In this document: positions 1-10,728 of the stretch, one piece after another
Numbering within the stretch: the first letter of the stretch is position 1
Layout of the letters: every line of letters begins with the position of its first letter
Source of the DNA: Bacteroidales bacterium
GTDB taxonomy: Bacteria > Bacteroidota > Bacteroidia > Bacteroidales > VadinHA17
Direction: 5' to 3'
DNA length: 64,000 bases
Assembly: GCA_029974835.1 (NCBI GenBank)
Contig: JARKQN010000016.1
Location: forward strand, 5,379 to 69,378
Position numbers and translations under genes: made by a program
The notes under the pieces: model-generated
Seen by the model: only the letters and a program-made list of their open reading frames with translations
Told to the model about the DNA's origin: nothing
The model's database searches: none

Positions 1-1880
1 GGAAGATTAATTTTAATTTCTCCCTTTTCCCCCGGTTCAACTGAAGGAGAAGGAATGATTTGTTCAATGACTGTATTATAACCCGGCAGCCAACCGAAAG
101 GTTTGTTGAAGTTTACCAGTTTATAACTGAACCTGCATTTGTTAAGGTTGGTGAAATGAAACCTGTTCCCGACAGGGATGATTCCGCTGAAGTTTTCGGG
201 AAGTTCCCTGAGGGTTATGTGTACAGGGGAGAAAATTTGTTTTATTGTGAAGAAACTCGCTTCTTTCTCCCGGTGAGGGCCAAGGACACCGTCGGGTCCG
301 TTGACGCCGTCGGTGTCGATAAACCCGTTCATGTCGGTTCTTACGAGGCCTTCATCCACCAGAGCCCAGAGGAATCCTCCGCCTGATCGTTCGGAAGTAT
401 AGAGAAGCTCCCAGTAATCATACAGACCTGCGCCTCCTCCTCCGTCATCCTGGCAATGCAGAAACTCGGTTGGCATATAAATAAGTGAGTCCTGCAGCAG
501 GGAATTAGCGCTCTGGTATGTTTCATAATGGTTGCAGTCGATGCCGTTAAAGGCATTTCCGGGCCTGTGATGAGGGTGGAGAACATCCCGTTTCTGAGGA
601 TCATATTTAAGGAATTCGGCGTCCAGTTCTCTATTTGTACCGCCCTCGTTGCCGTTATCCCAGAATATTACAGAGGGATGATTGACATCCCTTATGACAG
701 TTTCTTTTACGATTTTTCTGCCCACCGGAGTACTGTATGCTCTCTGCCAGCCTGCAATCTCATCCAGGACGTACAGGCCCAGTGAATCGCAGATGTCGAG
801 GAAGTAATCATCAGGAGGATAGTGGCTCATTCTCACGGCATTCATGTTCATTTCCTTAATAAGCTTTACATCGTTGAGGCATATCTCATAATTCAATGTC
901 CTGCCGGTCTCAGGCCAGAAACTGTGCCGGTTTATTCCCTTCATTCTGATTTTTGTGCCGTTGAGATAGATGCCGTCTCCATGTCGCACCTCTATTGTCC
1001 TGAATCCGAACTTCTCGTGTATCCGGTATATCTCCTTTTTACCGCTTTTAAGTGTGACATTAACCCGGTAGAGATTTGGTGTTTCGCTGGTCCAGAGGGA
1101 CGGACTCTTGACTTTGCAGGTTACAGTTACCACGGAATCAGAAGGTTTTACTGGAGATGAAACGGTGGCGGCCACCATACCTGAGGGGTCCACTATTTCT
1201 GCCACTATGGAATTTGCAGATGATATGCCTTTCGGGAAGACTTCCATCAGGAATGACCCGTCGGCACGGGCGTTTATTGCAACCCTCTCTATATGCTGCA
1301 CGGGCATCGCTTCGAGCCGGACAGGCCTGAAAATTCCCCCGAAGTTCCAGTAGTCGCCGTAACGCTCAGCCCTGTTTACAGACTCATCTGAAGAGAGTTT
1401 GCTTACTGTTACTTCAAGAAGGTTTTCGCGGCCCGGCAAAATGAGCGAAGAAATGTCATATCCGAACCTGTAAAAGCCACCCCTGTGAATCTCACCTGCA
1501 GATTTGCCGTTTATTTTTACTTCGGCATCTGTCATCACACCGTCGAAGACAATGTTAATATGCTTTCCTTTCCAGCCTTCAGGGACGGTGAATTTCAGCC
1601 TGTACATGCCTTTCTCATCAGCATACCTGTACGCAGGTCCGTACGAATAGCTGTTCCGTCCGTACTCATAGTTGCCGAAACCCTGCTGCTCCCAGCATGA
1701 AGGAACCCCGATGGTGGTCCATATCCCGCTTTTTCTTCCGCCTGTACAGAAGAATTCCCATGTTTTGGTATCGCCTGCACCTTTGCCTGAAAGGTAAATC
1801 ACCTGCTTAACTGTTTCATCAGATGAACAAAATGCAGTGTGAAAGAACAATAGAGGAATTAAAAAGACGATTTTTTTCAT
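1..1880 (-). CDS. Glycoside hydrolase family 2 (beta-galactosidase-like), N-terminal ~626 aa; 3' end lies beyond the window start
   Basis: Absent from the supplied ORF track because it runs off the edge. My reverse-strand translation from the ATG (complement of 1878-1880) stays open to position 1. It reads MKKIVFLIPLLFFHTAFCSS... (signal peptide) and carries GH2-type motifs NAVRMSHYPPDDYF and HPSVIFWDNGNEGG. Confidence 0.85.
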   Translation of the reverse strand, partial: MKKIVFLIPLLFFHTAFCSSDETVKQVIYLSGKGAGDTKTWEFFCTGGRKSGIWTTIGVPSCWEQQGFGNYEYGRNSYSYGPAYRYADEKGMYRLKFTVPEGWKGKHINIVFDGVMTDAEVKINGKSAGEIHRGGFYRFGYDISSLILPGRENLLEVTVSKLSSDESVNRAERYGDYWNFGGIFRPVRLEAMPVQHIERVAINARADGSFLMEVFPKGISSANSIVAEIVDPSGMVAATVSSPVKPSDSVVTVTCKVKSPSLWTSETPNLYRVNVTLKSGKKEIYRIHEKFGFRTIEVRHGDGIYLNGTKIRMKGINRHSFWPETGRTLNYEICLNDVKLIKEMNMNAVRMSHYPPDDYFLDICDSLGLYVLDEIAGWQRAYSTPVGRKIVKETVIRDVNHPSVIFWDNGNEGGTNRELDAEFLKYDPQKRDVLHPHHRPGNAFNGIDCNHYETYQSANSLLQDSLIYMPTEFLHCQDDGGGGAGLYDYWELLYTSERSGGGFLWALVDEGLVRTDMNGFIDTDGVNGPDGVLGPHREKEASFFTIKQIFSPVHITLRELPENFSGIIPVGNRFHFTNLNKCRFSYKLVNFNKPFGWLPGYNTVIEQIIPSPSVEPGEKGEIKINL

Positions 1881-2106
1881 TGGTTTAGTGTTCCTGCTAA
1901 AATACAAAATATCATTGCCAATGGTTATGGCTAAATCATAATTCATACATTGACGGAAAAGAGGATAGAATTTAACTTACAATCCGAATCCCTCACGGGA
2001 ACTGTTATAAAATCAGAAGTTAAGAATGAACTTTAAGCTGCAGAATAAATGTGTGATAATAAATTGTAATTTTATGGTCTGTTAACAAACCTGAAAAATT
2101 CATGAT

Positions 2107-3156
2107 ATGAAAAAAATCAATTTTATTCTGTTGGCTTTGATAATATTGCTTCCGGTTACTTCATGTAACAGCGGGAAGAATACAGCACCATTGGCAAAAG
2201 CAGATATTTCTGAGTTCCTGGGGCAATGGACCCTTGATATCGAAGGAGGTTCAGTGGGCTGGCTTGAGGTACGGCAGGAAGACAATTACCTTGACGCTGA
2301 CCTGTTATGGGTGGCAGGAAGCGTGACGCCGGTATCCGGTGTTTTCCTGGCGGCTGACAGCTATCTTGTTGTTACCCAGACCGGTAATGTGGTCAGAAAG
2401 AGAGACGAAGAGGGCAAGCCTGTAAGGCAGCATGTAGTGACTACATGGCTTGAAATTAAAAAGAACGGGGTTGATAAGCTTACCGGATACCGTCTTAGTC
2501 CACGGCGCAACGGTCTCGGGGTTGATTCAACCGCTTTTACGGGAACAAAGCTTCCGCCCGTTCCCCCCGCACCTGATCTTTCAAAAGTTAAACTCGGAGA
2601 GCCCGTTGTGCTTTTCAACGGAAAAGACCTTACAGGGTGGAAACTGATTAACGAAAAACAGGTTAACGGCTTTAAGGTAATTGACGGTGTTCTTGTAAAT
2701 GACCCCGTGCAGCCTGGTGAGGACGGCAAAAGAATAAGTTATGGCAATATCATGACTGACAGGGAGTTTGAAGATTTCAACCTGAAACTTGAGGTGAATG
2801 TGCCGGAGGGAAGCAACAGTGGTGTTTACCTGAGGGGTATGTATGAGATTCAGGTATTTGATTCATACAAAAAACCTCTTGATTCCCATAATATGGGGGC
2901 ACTCTACAGCAGGATAACCCCATCGGTAAATGCTGAGAAGCCTGCCGGAGAATGGCAGTCGCTGGACATAACGCTGTGCGACAGGCATTTACCGGTGATA
3001 CGCAACGGCGTAAATATTATTGACAATCAGCCGGTATACGGACCTACCGGCGGGGCCATCAAATCGGATGTTTTTGCTCCCGGGCCGGTTTACCTGCAGG
3101 GCGATCACGGAAAGGTTTCGTACCGGAACATTGTGCTGACACCGATACTGAAATAA
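2107..3156 (+). CDS. Lipoprotein with C-terminal DUF1080 (PF06439, 3-keto-disaccharide hydrolase / LamG-like) domain
   Basis: 349-aa ORF with a lipobox (LLPVTSC). The C-terminal ~190 aa shows the DUF1080 pattern: LFNGKDLTGWK, SNSGVYLRGMYEIQVFDS, PAGEWQSLDI, VYLQGDHGKVSYRNI. Confidence 0.75.
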   Translation: MKKINFILLALIILLPVTSCNSGKNTAPLAKADISEFLGQWTLDIEGGSVGWLEVRQEDNYLDADLLWVAGSVTPVSGVFLAADSYLVVTQTGNVVRKRDEEGKPVRQHVVTTWLEIKKNGVDKLTGYRLSPRRNGLGVDSTAFTGTKLPPVPPAPDLSKVKLGEPVVLFNGKDLTGWKLINEKQVNGFKVIDGVLVNDPVQPGEDGKRISYGNIMTDREFEDFNLKLEVNVPEGSNSGVYLRGMYEIQVFDSYKKPLDSHNMGALYSRITPSVNAEKPAGEWQSLDITLCDRHLPVIRNGVNIIDNQPVYGPTGGAIKSDVFAPGPVYLQGDHGKVSYRNIVLTPILK

Positions 3157-3172
3157 CGAAAGCGTACTGTTA

Positions 3173-3202
3173 AACAGCGACACATAATTATGTGCCGCTG
3201 TT
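3173..3202. terminator. Hairpin between convergent genes (candidate bidirectional terminator)
   Basis: aacagcgacaca-taatta-tgtgccgctgtt gives a ~12-bp stem with one mismatch between the stops at 3156 (+) and 3214 (-). The flanking U-tracts are short. Confidence 0.4.
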
Positions 3203-3213
3203 TCTGCGTTTAT

Positions 3214-5418
3214 TCATTTCTTCAATGGTAATCCGGAACCGAGGTAAAAAGTGAATCTTGTTCCGTTGGTTATATCTTCATGGTTGATCGTCAGGTTATT
3301 ATATCTGGCGCCATTCCTTGATATTGCCTGAATGTAATTTATGTTTCCGGATCGTTCCAGCGAATTTATTACAAAAGGCTTTTTCCCCGGGACCACTATC
3401 CTGACTTCGTTAAACAGAGGGGTTGTAATAACGTACTCATTTGAAGCAGGGCAGACAGGGTAGAATCCTATCATGGAAAAGACAAGCCATGCCGACATCT
3501 GGCCTGCATCTTCATTCCCGCTGAGGCCACCCGGGCCTGTGCCGTATTCTTCCTTCAGGATTGTCTGTGTCCATTTCTGGGTTTTATCGGGCCGGCCGGC
3601 CATGGCAAACATGTAAGGCACCTGGTGCCCTGGTTCATTACCATGCCAGTAATGTCCCTTTTCGAAGAATTCGTCCAGCTTTCTCAGGAAGATGGTATTT
3701 CCTCCCATTTCATTTATCAGTCCCGGAATGTCGTGAGGCACAAACCATGTATAATGAAAGGGTGTTCCCTCGCATATATAACTGGCCTTGGCGTAGGGAT
3801 CGAACGGCTCAACCCATCTGCCGTCAGCATATCTTCCTCTTACAAAACCCGTTTCGCTGTCAAAAACATTTCTCCATCCGGCCGATCTTTTAAGGAGTGT
3901 TTCAGAATCTTCCTTCTTTCCCAGGCTCGATGCAAACCGTGAAAGTGCATAATCGTCAAAAGCATATTCGAGTGTTCTCGATACCTGCTCGTTTTTATGG
4001 AATGCATCCCATACGCTGTCTTCCAACGGGATATAACCGTATTTAAGATAACTGTCGAGAGCTCTTCTTCCCTTGCCATCCCTGTACTCACCGGGGGGAG
4101 GTGTTTCAAATGCATTTTTACGCATGTAGATCCATGCGGCTTCAGGATCGAATCCTGTAATTCCTTTCATATATGCATCGGCGATTGCAGCGCTCGCATG
4201 ATCTCCGATCATTGCCGATGTATAGTTGGCCCATGCCGGGAAGATTGGCATCCAGCCGCCCTGCTGTGCTTTAAGAACAAGAGACTTCATCATATCGCCG
4301 GTTCTTTCGGGCTCGGTGATGGTAAGCAGGGGATGCAGGGCGCGGAATGTGTCCCACATCGAGAAATCGTCGTAGTAAACATGTCCACCCGTATTCAGTA
4401 TTTTACCGCTTCCCCCGAATTCAATATAACTTCCGTCGCAGTCGCTTGCTGTTCTTGGAAGCTGGCAGCAGTGATAAAGGGCGGTGTAGAATTTCACTTT
4501 GTCTTCTTCGGCTCCGTCGCGGACGATAATTTTACCGAGTGTCTGGTTCCATTCATTTTCTCCTTCCTTTCTTATGGCATCAAAGTCCCAGCCGGGTATC
4601 TCCTTATCCAGGTTTTTTGAGGCAGCTTCGCGGCCGGTGAATGAAGTTCCGACCCTGAGGGTTATGTTTTTTTCATTGCCAAAACTTACGACAAGAACCT
4701 GGTCATTCTTAAGATAATCTGTTTCCCGGAATATTTTATCGGATTTGATTACGAACCAGCCGCTGAAACCTGCAGGTTTTCCCCAACCCTGATAAATTCT
4801 GTGAACAGGATTGTAACCGACAATTTCATTTTTTTCCCTGTCGAACCATACTTTGCCGGCTTTCTCATCACTGTTCATCCTGATAAGCAGGAAACTTTCG
4901 GTTTTCCCCGTGTAGGTTAGGCGGATAATGCCCGATCTCACCGAGCCGGTAATTTCCGCCGTTATACCATAGGTGTCGAGGTTCACCCTGTAATAAGAGG
5001 GTGAGGCAGTTTCTGATTTATGGCTGAAAGATGAAGCCGGGTTTACGGTAAGGGTGTCGGGTTTTGAAGATGTGAATGGCATTATGGATGCCGATCCGTA
5101 ATCCTGGGTGCAGCTGCCGCTCATCCAGTGGCTGCCCCTGAAACCTGTTATAAATCTGTCGTTATAATAATAGGGTGCAACACATTTTGTTTCGGTGGTA
5201 CGCGTCTCGGGAGTCCACTGGGTCATTCCGAAAGGCCTGCCCACCGCAGGGAAAGTCTGGCCTTTGTCCTCGGTACCTGAGCCATGACGCCTGGCGCTTT
5301 CGGTTGTTGCCGGAGCTGTCCCAATGAAAGGATTGACGTACTGCAGCGGAGGCTGGGCTGACAGTGCCGAATGCCATATAAGGAAAGAAATTATCAGGAT
5401 TTGTCTCATTGTTTTCAA
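3214..5418 (-). CDS. Glycoside hydrolase family 92 (alpha-mannosidase)
   Basis: 734-aa ORF with a signal peptide. GH92 hallmarks are present: YVNPFIGT, GQTFPAVGRPFGMTQWTP, FSMWDTFRALHPL. Confidence 0.9.
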   Translation of the reverse strand: MKTMRQILIISFLIWHSALSAQPPLQYVNPFIGTAPATTESARRHGSGTEDKGQTFPAVGRPFGMTQWTPETRTTETKCVAPYYYNDRFITGFRGSHWMSGSCTQDYGSASIMPFTSSKPDTLTVNPASSFSHKSETASPSYYRVNLDTYGITAEITGSVRSGIIRLTYTGKTESFLLIRMNSDEKAGKVWFDREKNEIVGYNPVHRIYQGWGKPAGFSGWFVIKSDKIFRETDYLKNDQVLVVSFGNEKNITLRVGTSFTGREAASKNLDKEIPGWDFDAIRKEGENEWNQTLGKIIVRDGAEEDKVKFYTALYHCCQLPRTASDCDGSYIEFGGSGKILNTGGHVYYDDFSMWDTFRALHPLLTITEPERTGDMMKSLVLKAQQGGWMPIFPAWANYTSAMIGDHASAAIADAYMKGITGFDPEAAWIYMRKNAFETPPPGEYRDGKGRRALDSYLKYGYIPLEDSVWDAFHKNEQVSRTLEYAFDDYALSRFASSLGKKEDSETLLKRSAGWRNVFDSETGFVRGRYADGRWVEPFDPYAKASYICEGTPFHYTWFVPHDIPGLINEMGGNTIFLRKLDEFFEKGHYWHGNEPGHQVPYMFAMAGRPDKTQKWTQTILKEEYGTGPGGLSGNEDAGQMSAWLVFSMIGFYPVCPASNEYVITTPLFNEVRIVVPGKKPFVINSLERSGNINYIQAISRNGARYNNLTINHEDITNGTRFTFYLGSGLPLKK

Positions 5419-5500
5419 TATGGAAAAAGAAATGCCTGGTGCTCCATATCATTCCAGGTCACCGTCTTTTTATTAACCCATCCTTTTAACGAATGACATT

Positions 5501-6922
5501 CTACTGGTCCCATTCATCAGTTCTGAACGAAGATGCAGGAATACCTTCGGTGTTGAAAAGATCACCCACGATAAAGTCCCTGAAAGCATATCTCACGGCA
5601 ACCGGCTGGGGTACGGATGGAGAGAAAAGTGTTATACCGGCGTTGGTTATAAAAGCCTTTGCAGGATAAAACCTTTTGTTCGCTCCTGCCACCTCAAAAC
5701 ATGATAATTCTTTCCCGAATGAGGTGAGTCCGTTCGGAGCGTTGTCGAAAGTCAGAAATACCATATTGCCTTCAGTTCTCATATCCTTCAGGACAGGCCC
5801 GTCGCAAGCGAACCCTTTTTTGCCGTAGGTTTTCACCAGTGCCTGATAAGCCAGCCTGTCGCCGGCTGCTTTTTTATTTGCGGGGTGAATGCAGTCTTTT
5901 TCCCCTGTGTCCATAATGCATGCCATTCCGAAATTGGGTATTGCCGTTGAAGCCTTTAGCTGAGCCTCCCTCAGGAAGGCGGAGTTAAGTCCGGTTGGTC
6001 CGTTATCGTAGGGTGCAATCTGTACATAGTACATCGGGAAATCCCCGACACCCCAGACATTTCTCCAGTTGAGTGCGAGGCCCGGCATCAGCTTCCGGTA
6101 CTGGACAGGTTCGTTACGGTTGGCTTCACCCTGGTACCATATTGCTCCCCTTATTCCATAACCGGCTATGGGATTGATCATTGCATTGAAAAGCACGGTT
6201 GGTGTCTGTTGGGATAGTTTTTCAGGTACAGAACTTTTGTCTGGGAGTTTTACCCAGTCGAAATCCTTCAGGCCATCTTCGCTCATCCATGGTTCTATTC
6301 TGGTGCCGCCCCAGCTGGTACAGATGAGGCCCACAGGCACCTTAAGAGTTTTGTTGAGCATCAGTCCGAAGAAATATGCGGTGGCGCTGAATTCGGCGAC
6401 ATTTTCCGGTTCACACAGCTTCCATGAGCCGTTAAAGTCGTCGAGAGGAGACATGCTTGCCAGCCTTGGAACGGTAATAAGCCTTATCTGTTCATTTGAT
6501 GAAGTTGCAATGTATTCGTTTGAACCTGTAACCGGTTGATTCCGGTAACCTTTCATCGGCATCTCCATGTTTGACTGCCCCGAACAGACCCATACTTCAC
6601 CGACCATAACATTTCTGATTACGAGTGGCTTGCCGTCGCTGATGGTTATTGTATAAGGCCCTCCGGCAGCCGGTGTCTGGACTTTTGTTTTCCATTTTCC
6701 GTCGGCTCCTGCCTTAACAGTATAACTCTTACCGTTCCATGAGGTTTTCACCGTTACGGTTGCACCGGCGGAGGCATTCCCCCATATTGCGGCATTGGTT
6801 TGTTGCTGGAGAACCATGTTGTCTCCAAAGATTGCAGGCATTTTAATTTCAGAAAACGCATTGTTCACATTTATAGAATAAACCAGGAACAATGCCAGAA
6901 AAGGAATGATAATCTTTTTCAT
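5501..6922 (-). CDS. Sialate O-acetylesterase (SASA/DUF303 family carbohydrate esterase)
   Basis: 473-aa ORF with a signal peptide. Family pattern GEVWVCSGQSNMEMPM and AIWYQGEAN. Same strand as GH92, 82 bp downstream gap. Confidence 0.8.
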   Translation of the reverse strand: MKKIIIPFLALFLVYSINVNNAFSEIKMPAIFGDNMVLQQQTNAAIWGNASAGATVTVKTSWNGKSYTVKAGADGKWKTKVQTPAAGGPYTITISDGKPLVIRNVMVGEVWVCSGQSNMEMPMKGYRNQPVTGSNEYIATSSNEQIRLITVPRLASMSPLDDFNGSWKLCEPENVAEFSATAYFFGLMLNKTLKVPVGLICTSWGGTRIEPWMSEDGLKDFDWVKLPDKSSVPEKLSQQTPTVLFNAMINPIAGYGIRGAIWYQGEANRNEPVQYRKLMPGLALNWRNVWGVGDFPMYYVQIAPYDNGPTGLNSAFLREAQLKASTAIPNFGMACIMDTGEKDCIHPANKKAAGDRLAYQALVKTYGKKGFACDGPVLKDMRTEGNMVFLTFDNAPNGLTSFGKELSCFEVAGANKRFYPAKAFITNAGITLFSPSVPQPVAVRYAFRDFIVGDLFNTEGIPASSFRTDEWDQ

Positions 6923-7012
6923 ATTTTGCAGATTTCAGGTTATTTTTTCAGTATAATAAAGCATAATAAGTAATTCACAGGTTGAAAATATAAAAATCCG
7001 GATTAATTTTTA

Positions 7013-8896
7013 TCATCCCTTAAGCCAACATTCAATAAAATTGACGGAGACAGGGTTTAAGTTGATGATATCTGAAGGATTAAAGGATTTTTGATGTCTG
7101 TTTCCGGTCCACCTGCAGTCAGCCGAAGCCTCGGCGGTTGTTGAACTGTCAAGTGAAACCATTCTGAATTTACCTGCCAGACCCTCTATTCTGACCTGAG
7201 CCGGTTCACCGGAAAAGTTAACAATAATAAGCCTCGCCTCTTTTCCATTGGCTAGCGACAGGCAGTCAACAGAAAGAGGATTTGTGCTTACGCTCTTTAT
7301 GATGTTGAAATTACTGTGGGAAAGTACGAATCTGAAGATGTGAAAGACGGGAAATATCATTCCCTTTGCGGAAGGTAACAGCCCTGGCCATTTAGGTTCT
7401 TCATTTCCCTGAATTATTCCTCTTTCTCCCCTTGTTTCATAATATGTTATGGTGTCGGCATCAGCCTCACCCAGATACTTCAGGCTTCCGGCGGTCCAGC
7501 ATGCCCCGAAGAGCGTCATCAGCCTCGGATCAACAGAGGGAGGGATACCCTCACCTCTGTACGGCAGTTCCATATACGAAATATTGGTATTGAATCTCCT
7601 CTGCAGTGTGACCGGTGAAATCACTACCCCTTTGTTGCCTGCAAATGCTTTTGCACTCCTGACGGTATAGCCCTGGCCTTTCAGGTTCTCAACCAGTGTT
7701 GCATTGTCCGATGCATGTTCCTGCGGATAGACCGGATAGCATATATAGTCATTCTCAGTATTACCCGGTCTGAATCTGTTGATATGCACGAATCCTGCAT
7801 TGGTGCCGGTGGCAATTTTTGCATCCGGGTCTGCCTTTCTCAGAATGGATATTACCTCTGTTGCCAGGTCATCAGGCGTTGAAGGAGCGTCGCGGTGAAA
7901 TATCAGAATTCTTGCAATATCAGGTTTCCTTGTTTCCATCCATTCTGCAAATGCTGTTGCATGCCTTGATACTTCTTCCCCTGAAAAGAATAGGGCTATC
8001 TCCATCTGACAGCCAAGTTCAAATGACTCATTTAATGAAAGATCCGCAATCTCTATCCAGTCGGGAGAGTAGAGGTGAATATCGGTCCTGTAATGATTAA
8101 AACCTATCGTTCTTAATGTCCTTATCTCCTGAAGTGTGAGGGCACTCCCGGAGGATGAGCGACTCACGCCGATGGAGGGAAGAATATATGATTCTTCCGG
8201 GATCAGTTTAATAATATTAATTTGATTGTCAACTTGTTCAACACAGGTTATATTATTGGCGCGGAAGACTACTTTCTGGTGAACAACCGTACCTTCAGTA
8301 ATAACAGATGGGAATGGCAGGCTCAGAGGTGTGGAGTAGGTCTTGAAAGATGCATCTGTCCAGTTTCGCTGATCTTCGGTCTCAAAAACATCTCCCTCAA
8401 ATGAAAGGGTGCAGTTTATCTTTCCTGCCATCCATTTTAATGACTTTACATTTAAAAAGACCTGGTGAGGATTAATCTCTTCAGGGAAAAAAGAGCTTTC
8501 AACAGAGCCGTCCGTATGTTCAACCGTACAGTTTTTCCCTGCACATTCTTCAGCGGGATGGAGAACGCACAGCCCGATGCGGTTTTTTCTGAAAGTGCCC
8601 AGAGCCTCACCTTCCATCTCAAAAGAAATGCTGTTGTCAGACTTACCTTCAATTAAATATTTTGCACGGAAATTTATTTCTCCTGACCTGTATAAAAAGA
8701 TTAATTTTATTCTGAATGAATCATCTGTTCTGTCGATAACTTCCTCCAGGGTGACGGGAGTTACGGTATTCCATTCATCATCGCGGACAGCCGGGTAAAT
8801 CATTCTGAGCAATTCGGTTCTTCCTGAGGAAATGTACCTCAGCGAACCGTTTTCATAAAGAATATCCAACTTCCCGGCTTTAAGTGTGGTTTTCAT
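7013..8896 (-). CDS. Hypothetical protein (627 aa, no signal peptide); possibly a TIM-barrel sugar-active enzyme
   Basis: Long uninterrupted ORF at the head of the co-directional string 8896>6922>5418. I recognise no family motif. The N-terminus MKTTLKAGKLDILYENG lacks a hydrophobic signal. Confidence 0.6.
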   Translation of the reverse strand: MKTTLKAGKLDILYENGSLRYISSGRTELLRMIYPAVRDDEWNTVTPVTLEEVIDRTDDSFRIKLIFLYRSGEINFRAKYLIEGKSDNSISFEMEGEALGTFRKNRIGLCVLHPAEECAGKNCTVEHTDGSVESSFFPEEINPHQVFLNVKSLKWMAGKINCTLSFEGDVFETEDQRNWTDASFKTYSTPLSLPFPSVITEGTVVHQKVVFRANNITCVEQVDNQINIIKLIPEESYILPSIGVSRSSSGSALTLQEIRTLRTIGFNHYRTDIHLYSPDWIEIADLSLNESFELGCQMEIALFFSGEEVSRHATAFAEWMETRKPDIARILIFHRDAPSTPDDLATEVISILRKADPDAKIATGTNAGFVHINRFRPGNTENDYICYPVYPQEHASDNATLVENLKGQGYTVRSAKAFAGNKGVVISPVTLQRRFNTNISYMELPYRGEGIPPSVDPRLMTLFGACWTAGSLKYLGEADADTITYYETRGERGIIQGNEEPKWPGLLPSAKGMIFPVFHIFRFVLSHSNFNIIKSVSTNPLSVDCLSLANGKEARLIIVNFSGEPAQVRIEGLAGKFRMVSLDSSTTAEASADCRWTGNRHQKSFNPSDIINLNPVSVNFIECWLKG

Positions 8897-9092
8897 TTTA
8901 CAATATTTCCGAACTTCCCTGCTAAAAGAGCATAAATAAAAAACTAATTTATTCAGTCAAATGTAATCTCTTATTTTGCTTCCCCTATACTTTAAATCAC
9001 CAATCCGGTATTTTATTTTTTTCCGTTGCCGGTCGTTTTAAATAATGTTATGGTTTATTTTACCATATGAGGCTATGAATATAGGAAATTTT

Positions 9093-9100
9093 TAAATTTG
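9093..9100 (+). promoter_or_regulatory. Candidate Bacteroidota -7 box (TAaaTTTG)
   Basis: Matches TAnnTTTG 55 nt upstream of the ATG at 9155. There is no clean -33 TTTG. Confidence 0.3.
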
Positions 9101-9154
9101 AGTGACCAATATTACCTACAACAGTTACCTTCAAATCAATAAAACCTTAATTGC

Positions 9155-10696
9155 ATGAAATTTAATTTTTGCCTTCTTGGTCTCGGGGGTCTTGCGGCCA
9201 TTCAATCGTGCACAGATATGAACCGGGGAACCGGGAATCCTAATATAGTATTTATTCTGGCCGATGACCTTGGCTACGGAGATGTAAGTTTCTATAATCC
9301 TGAGTCGAGGATCAGGACCCCGAATATTGATCGTCTGGCACAGACCGGGGTCGCTTTTACCGACGCTCATACCGGTTCTGCTGTAAGCACTCCCACACGA
9401 TATGGGTTACTCACGGGAAGATACAGCTGGCGCAGTGAAATGAAGAGCGGCGTACTGAACGGATACTCAAAAGCGCTTATCCCGCGCGAAAGAAATACCA
9501 TTGCTGATATGCTCAGAAAGTCCGGTTATAATACGGCATGCATTGGCAAATGGCACCTCGGATGGAACTGGAATAACATCGAAAAGGGAAACGACAGTGT
9601 CGATTTTTCAAAACCAATAACAGAAGGACCTGTTGAACGGGGATTTGATTATTTTTTCGGTTTTAACGGATCACTCGACATGCCCCCTTACATTTATGTT
9701 GAAAATAATAAGCCGACATCACTGCCCGACAGAGTGACAACAGGAAATAACATCACCTACGGCAAACCTGGTTACGACGGTTCAATGTGGAGGGAAGGAC
9801 CGACCGGAAGCGATTTTTTTCATATTGAATGTACTCCGGAGTTCTTTCGAAGGGCCGGTAATTACATTTATGAAAAAGCAAAGGACAAAAAACCATATTT
9901 CCTTTATCTTGCCCTTCCGTCACCGCATACTCCCATTCTGCCAACGGAAGAGTTTAAAGGCAAATCGGGCGTAAATTATTATGCCGATTTTATAATGATG
10001 ATTGATGAAGCAATTGGTAAACTGCTGAATGTAATTGAAGAAACGGGTGAAAGCAAAAATACCATAATCATTTTCACTTCCGACAACGGTACTGCTCCCT
10101 GGGCCGATATAGAAACGCTTAAGGCAAAAGGTCACCAAACAAGTTATATCTACAGAGGACATAAGGCCGATCTTTATGAAGGAGGTCACAGGGTTCCGTG
10201 CATAATTAAATGGCCGGCGGGTATAAGAAAACCTCATATTGTGGATCAGACGGTCTGCCTCAATGATTTCTATGCAACACTGGCAGCGGTTACGAAATAT
10301 AAAATAGCCGGTAATGAAGCAGAAGACAGTTACAATCTGCTGCCGGCAATTATTGATAAGGATTACAATAAGATTATCAGGGAGGCAACTGTTCATCAGT
10401 CGGTTAACGGCAACCTTGCTGTCAGGAAAGGTGACTGGAAACTTCTGATGACACCAGGCTCGGGAGGGTGGAGCTATCCCAGACCCGGGAAGGAAGAAGA
10501 AGGACTTCCCCCTGTTCAGCTTTTTAATATGAAGGAAGATCCTTCGGAACAGAAGAACCTGCAGGCGGAACACCCCGAAATTGTGAAAGAATTAACAGAA
10601 CTTCTTAGGAAATACATAGATGAGGGACGAAGCACTCCGGGTACACCGCAGAAAAACGAAGGAGAATTCCCTGCCAGACTCAGATTCTGGCAGTAA
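9155..10696 (+). CDS. Sulfatase (family S1 arylsulfatase-like), Ser-type
   Basis: 513 aa with a lipobox (AAIQSC). Carries NIVFILADDLGYGD and the formylglycine box S-T-P-T-R followed by YGLLTGRY. Ser78 (codon 9386-9388) sits at the modified position. Confidence 0.9.
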   Translation: MKFNFCLLGLGGLAAIQSCTDMNRGTGNPNIVFILADDLGYGDVSFYNPESRIRTPNIDRLAQTGVAFTDAHTGSAVSTPTRYGLLTGRYSWRSEMKSGVLNGYSKALIPRERNTIADMLRKSGYNTACIGKWHLGWNWNNIEKGNDSVDFSKPITEGPVERGFDYFFGFNGSLDMPPYIYVENNKPTSLPDRVTTGNNITYGKPGYDGSMWREGPTGSDFFHIECTPEFFRRAGNYIYEKAKDKKPYFLYLALPSPHTPILPTEEFKGKSGVNYYADFIMMIDEAIGKLLNVIEETGESKNTIIIFTSDNGTAPWADIETLKAKGHQTSYIYRGHKADLYEGGHRVPCIIKWPAGIRKPHIVDQTVCLNDFYATLAAVTKYKIAGNEAEDSYNLLPAIIDKDYNKIIREATVHQSVNGNLAVRKGDWKLLMTPGSGGWSYPRPGKEEEGLPPVQLFNMKEDPSEQKNLQAEHPEIVKELTELLRKYIDEGRSTPGTPQKNEGEFPARLRFWQ

Positions 10697-10728
10697 AACA
10701 ATACGCATGGACATATACCTGCATGCGC

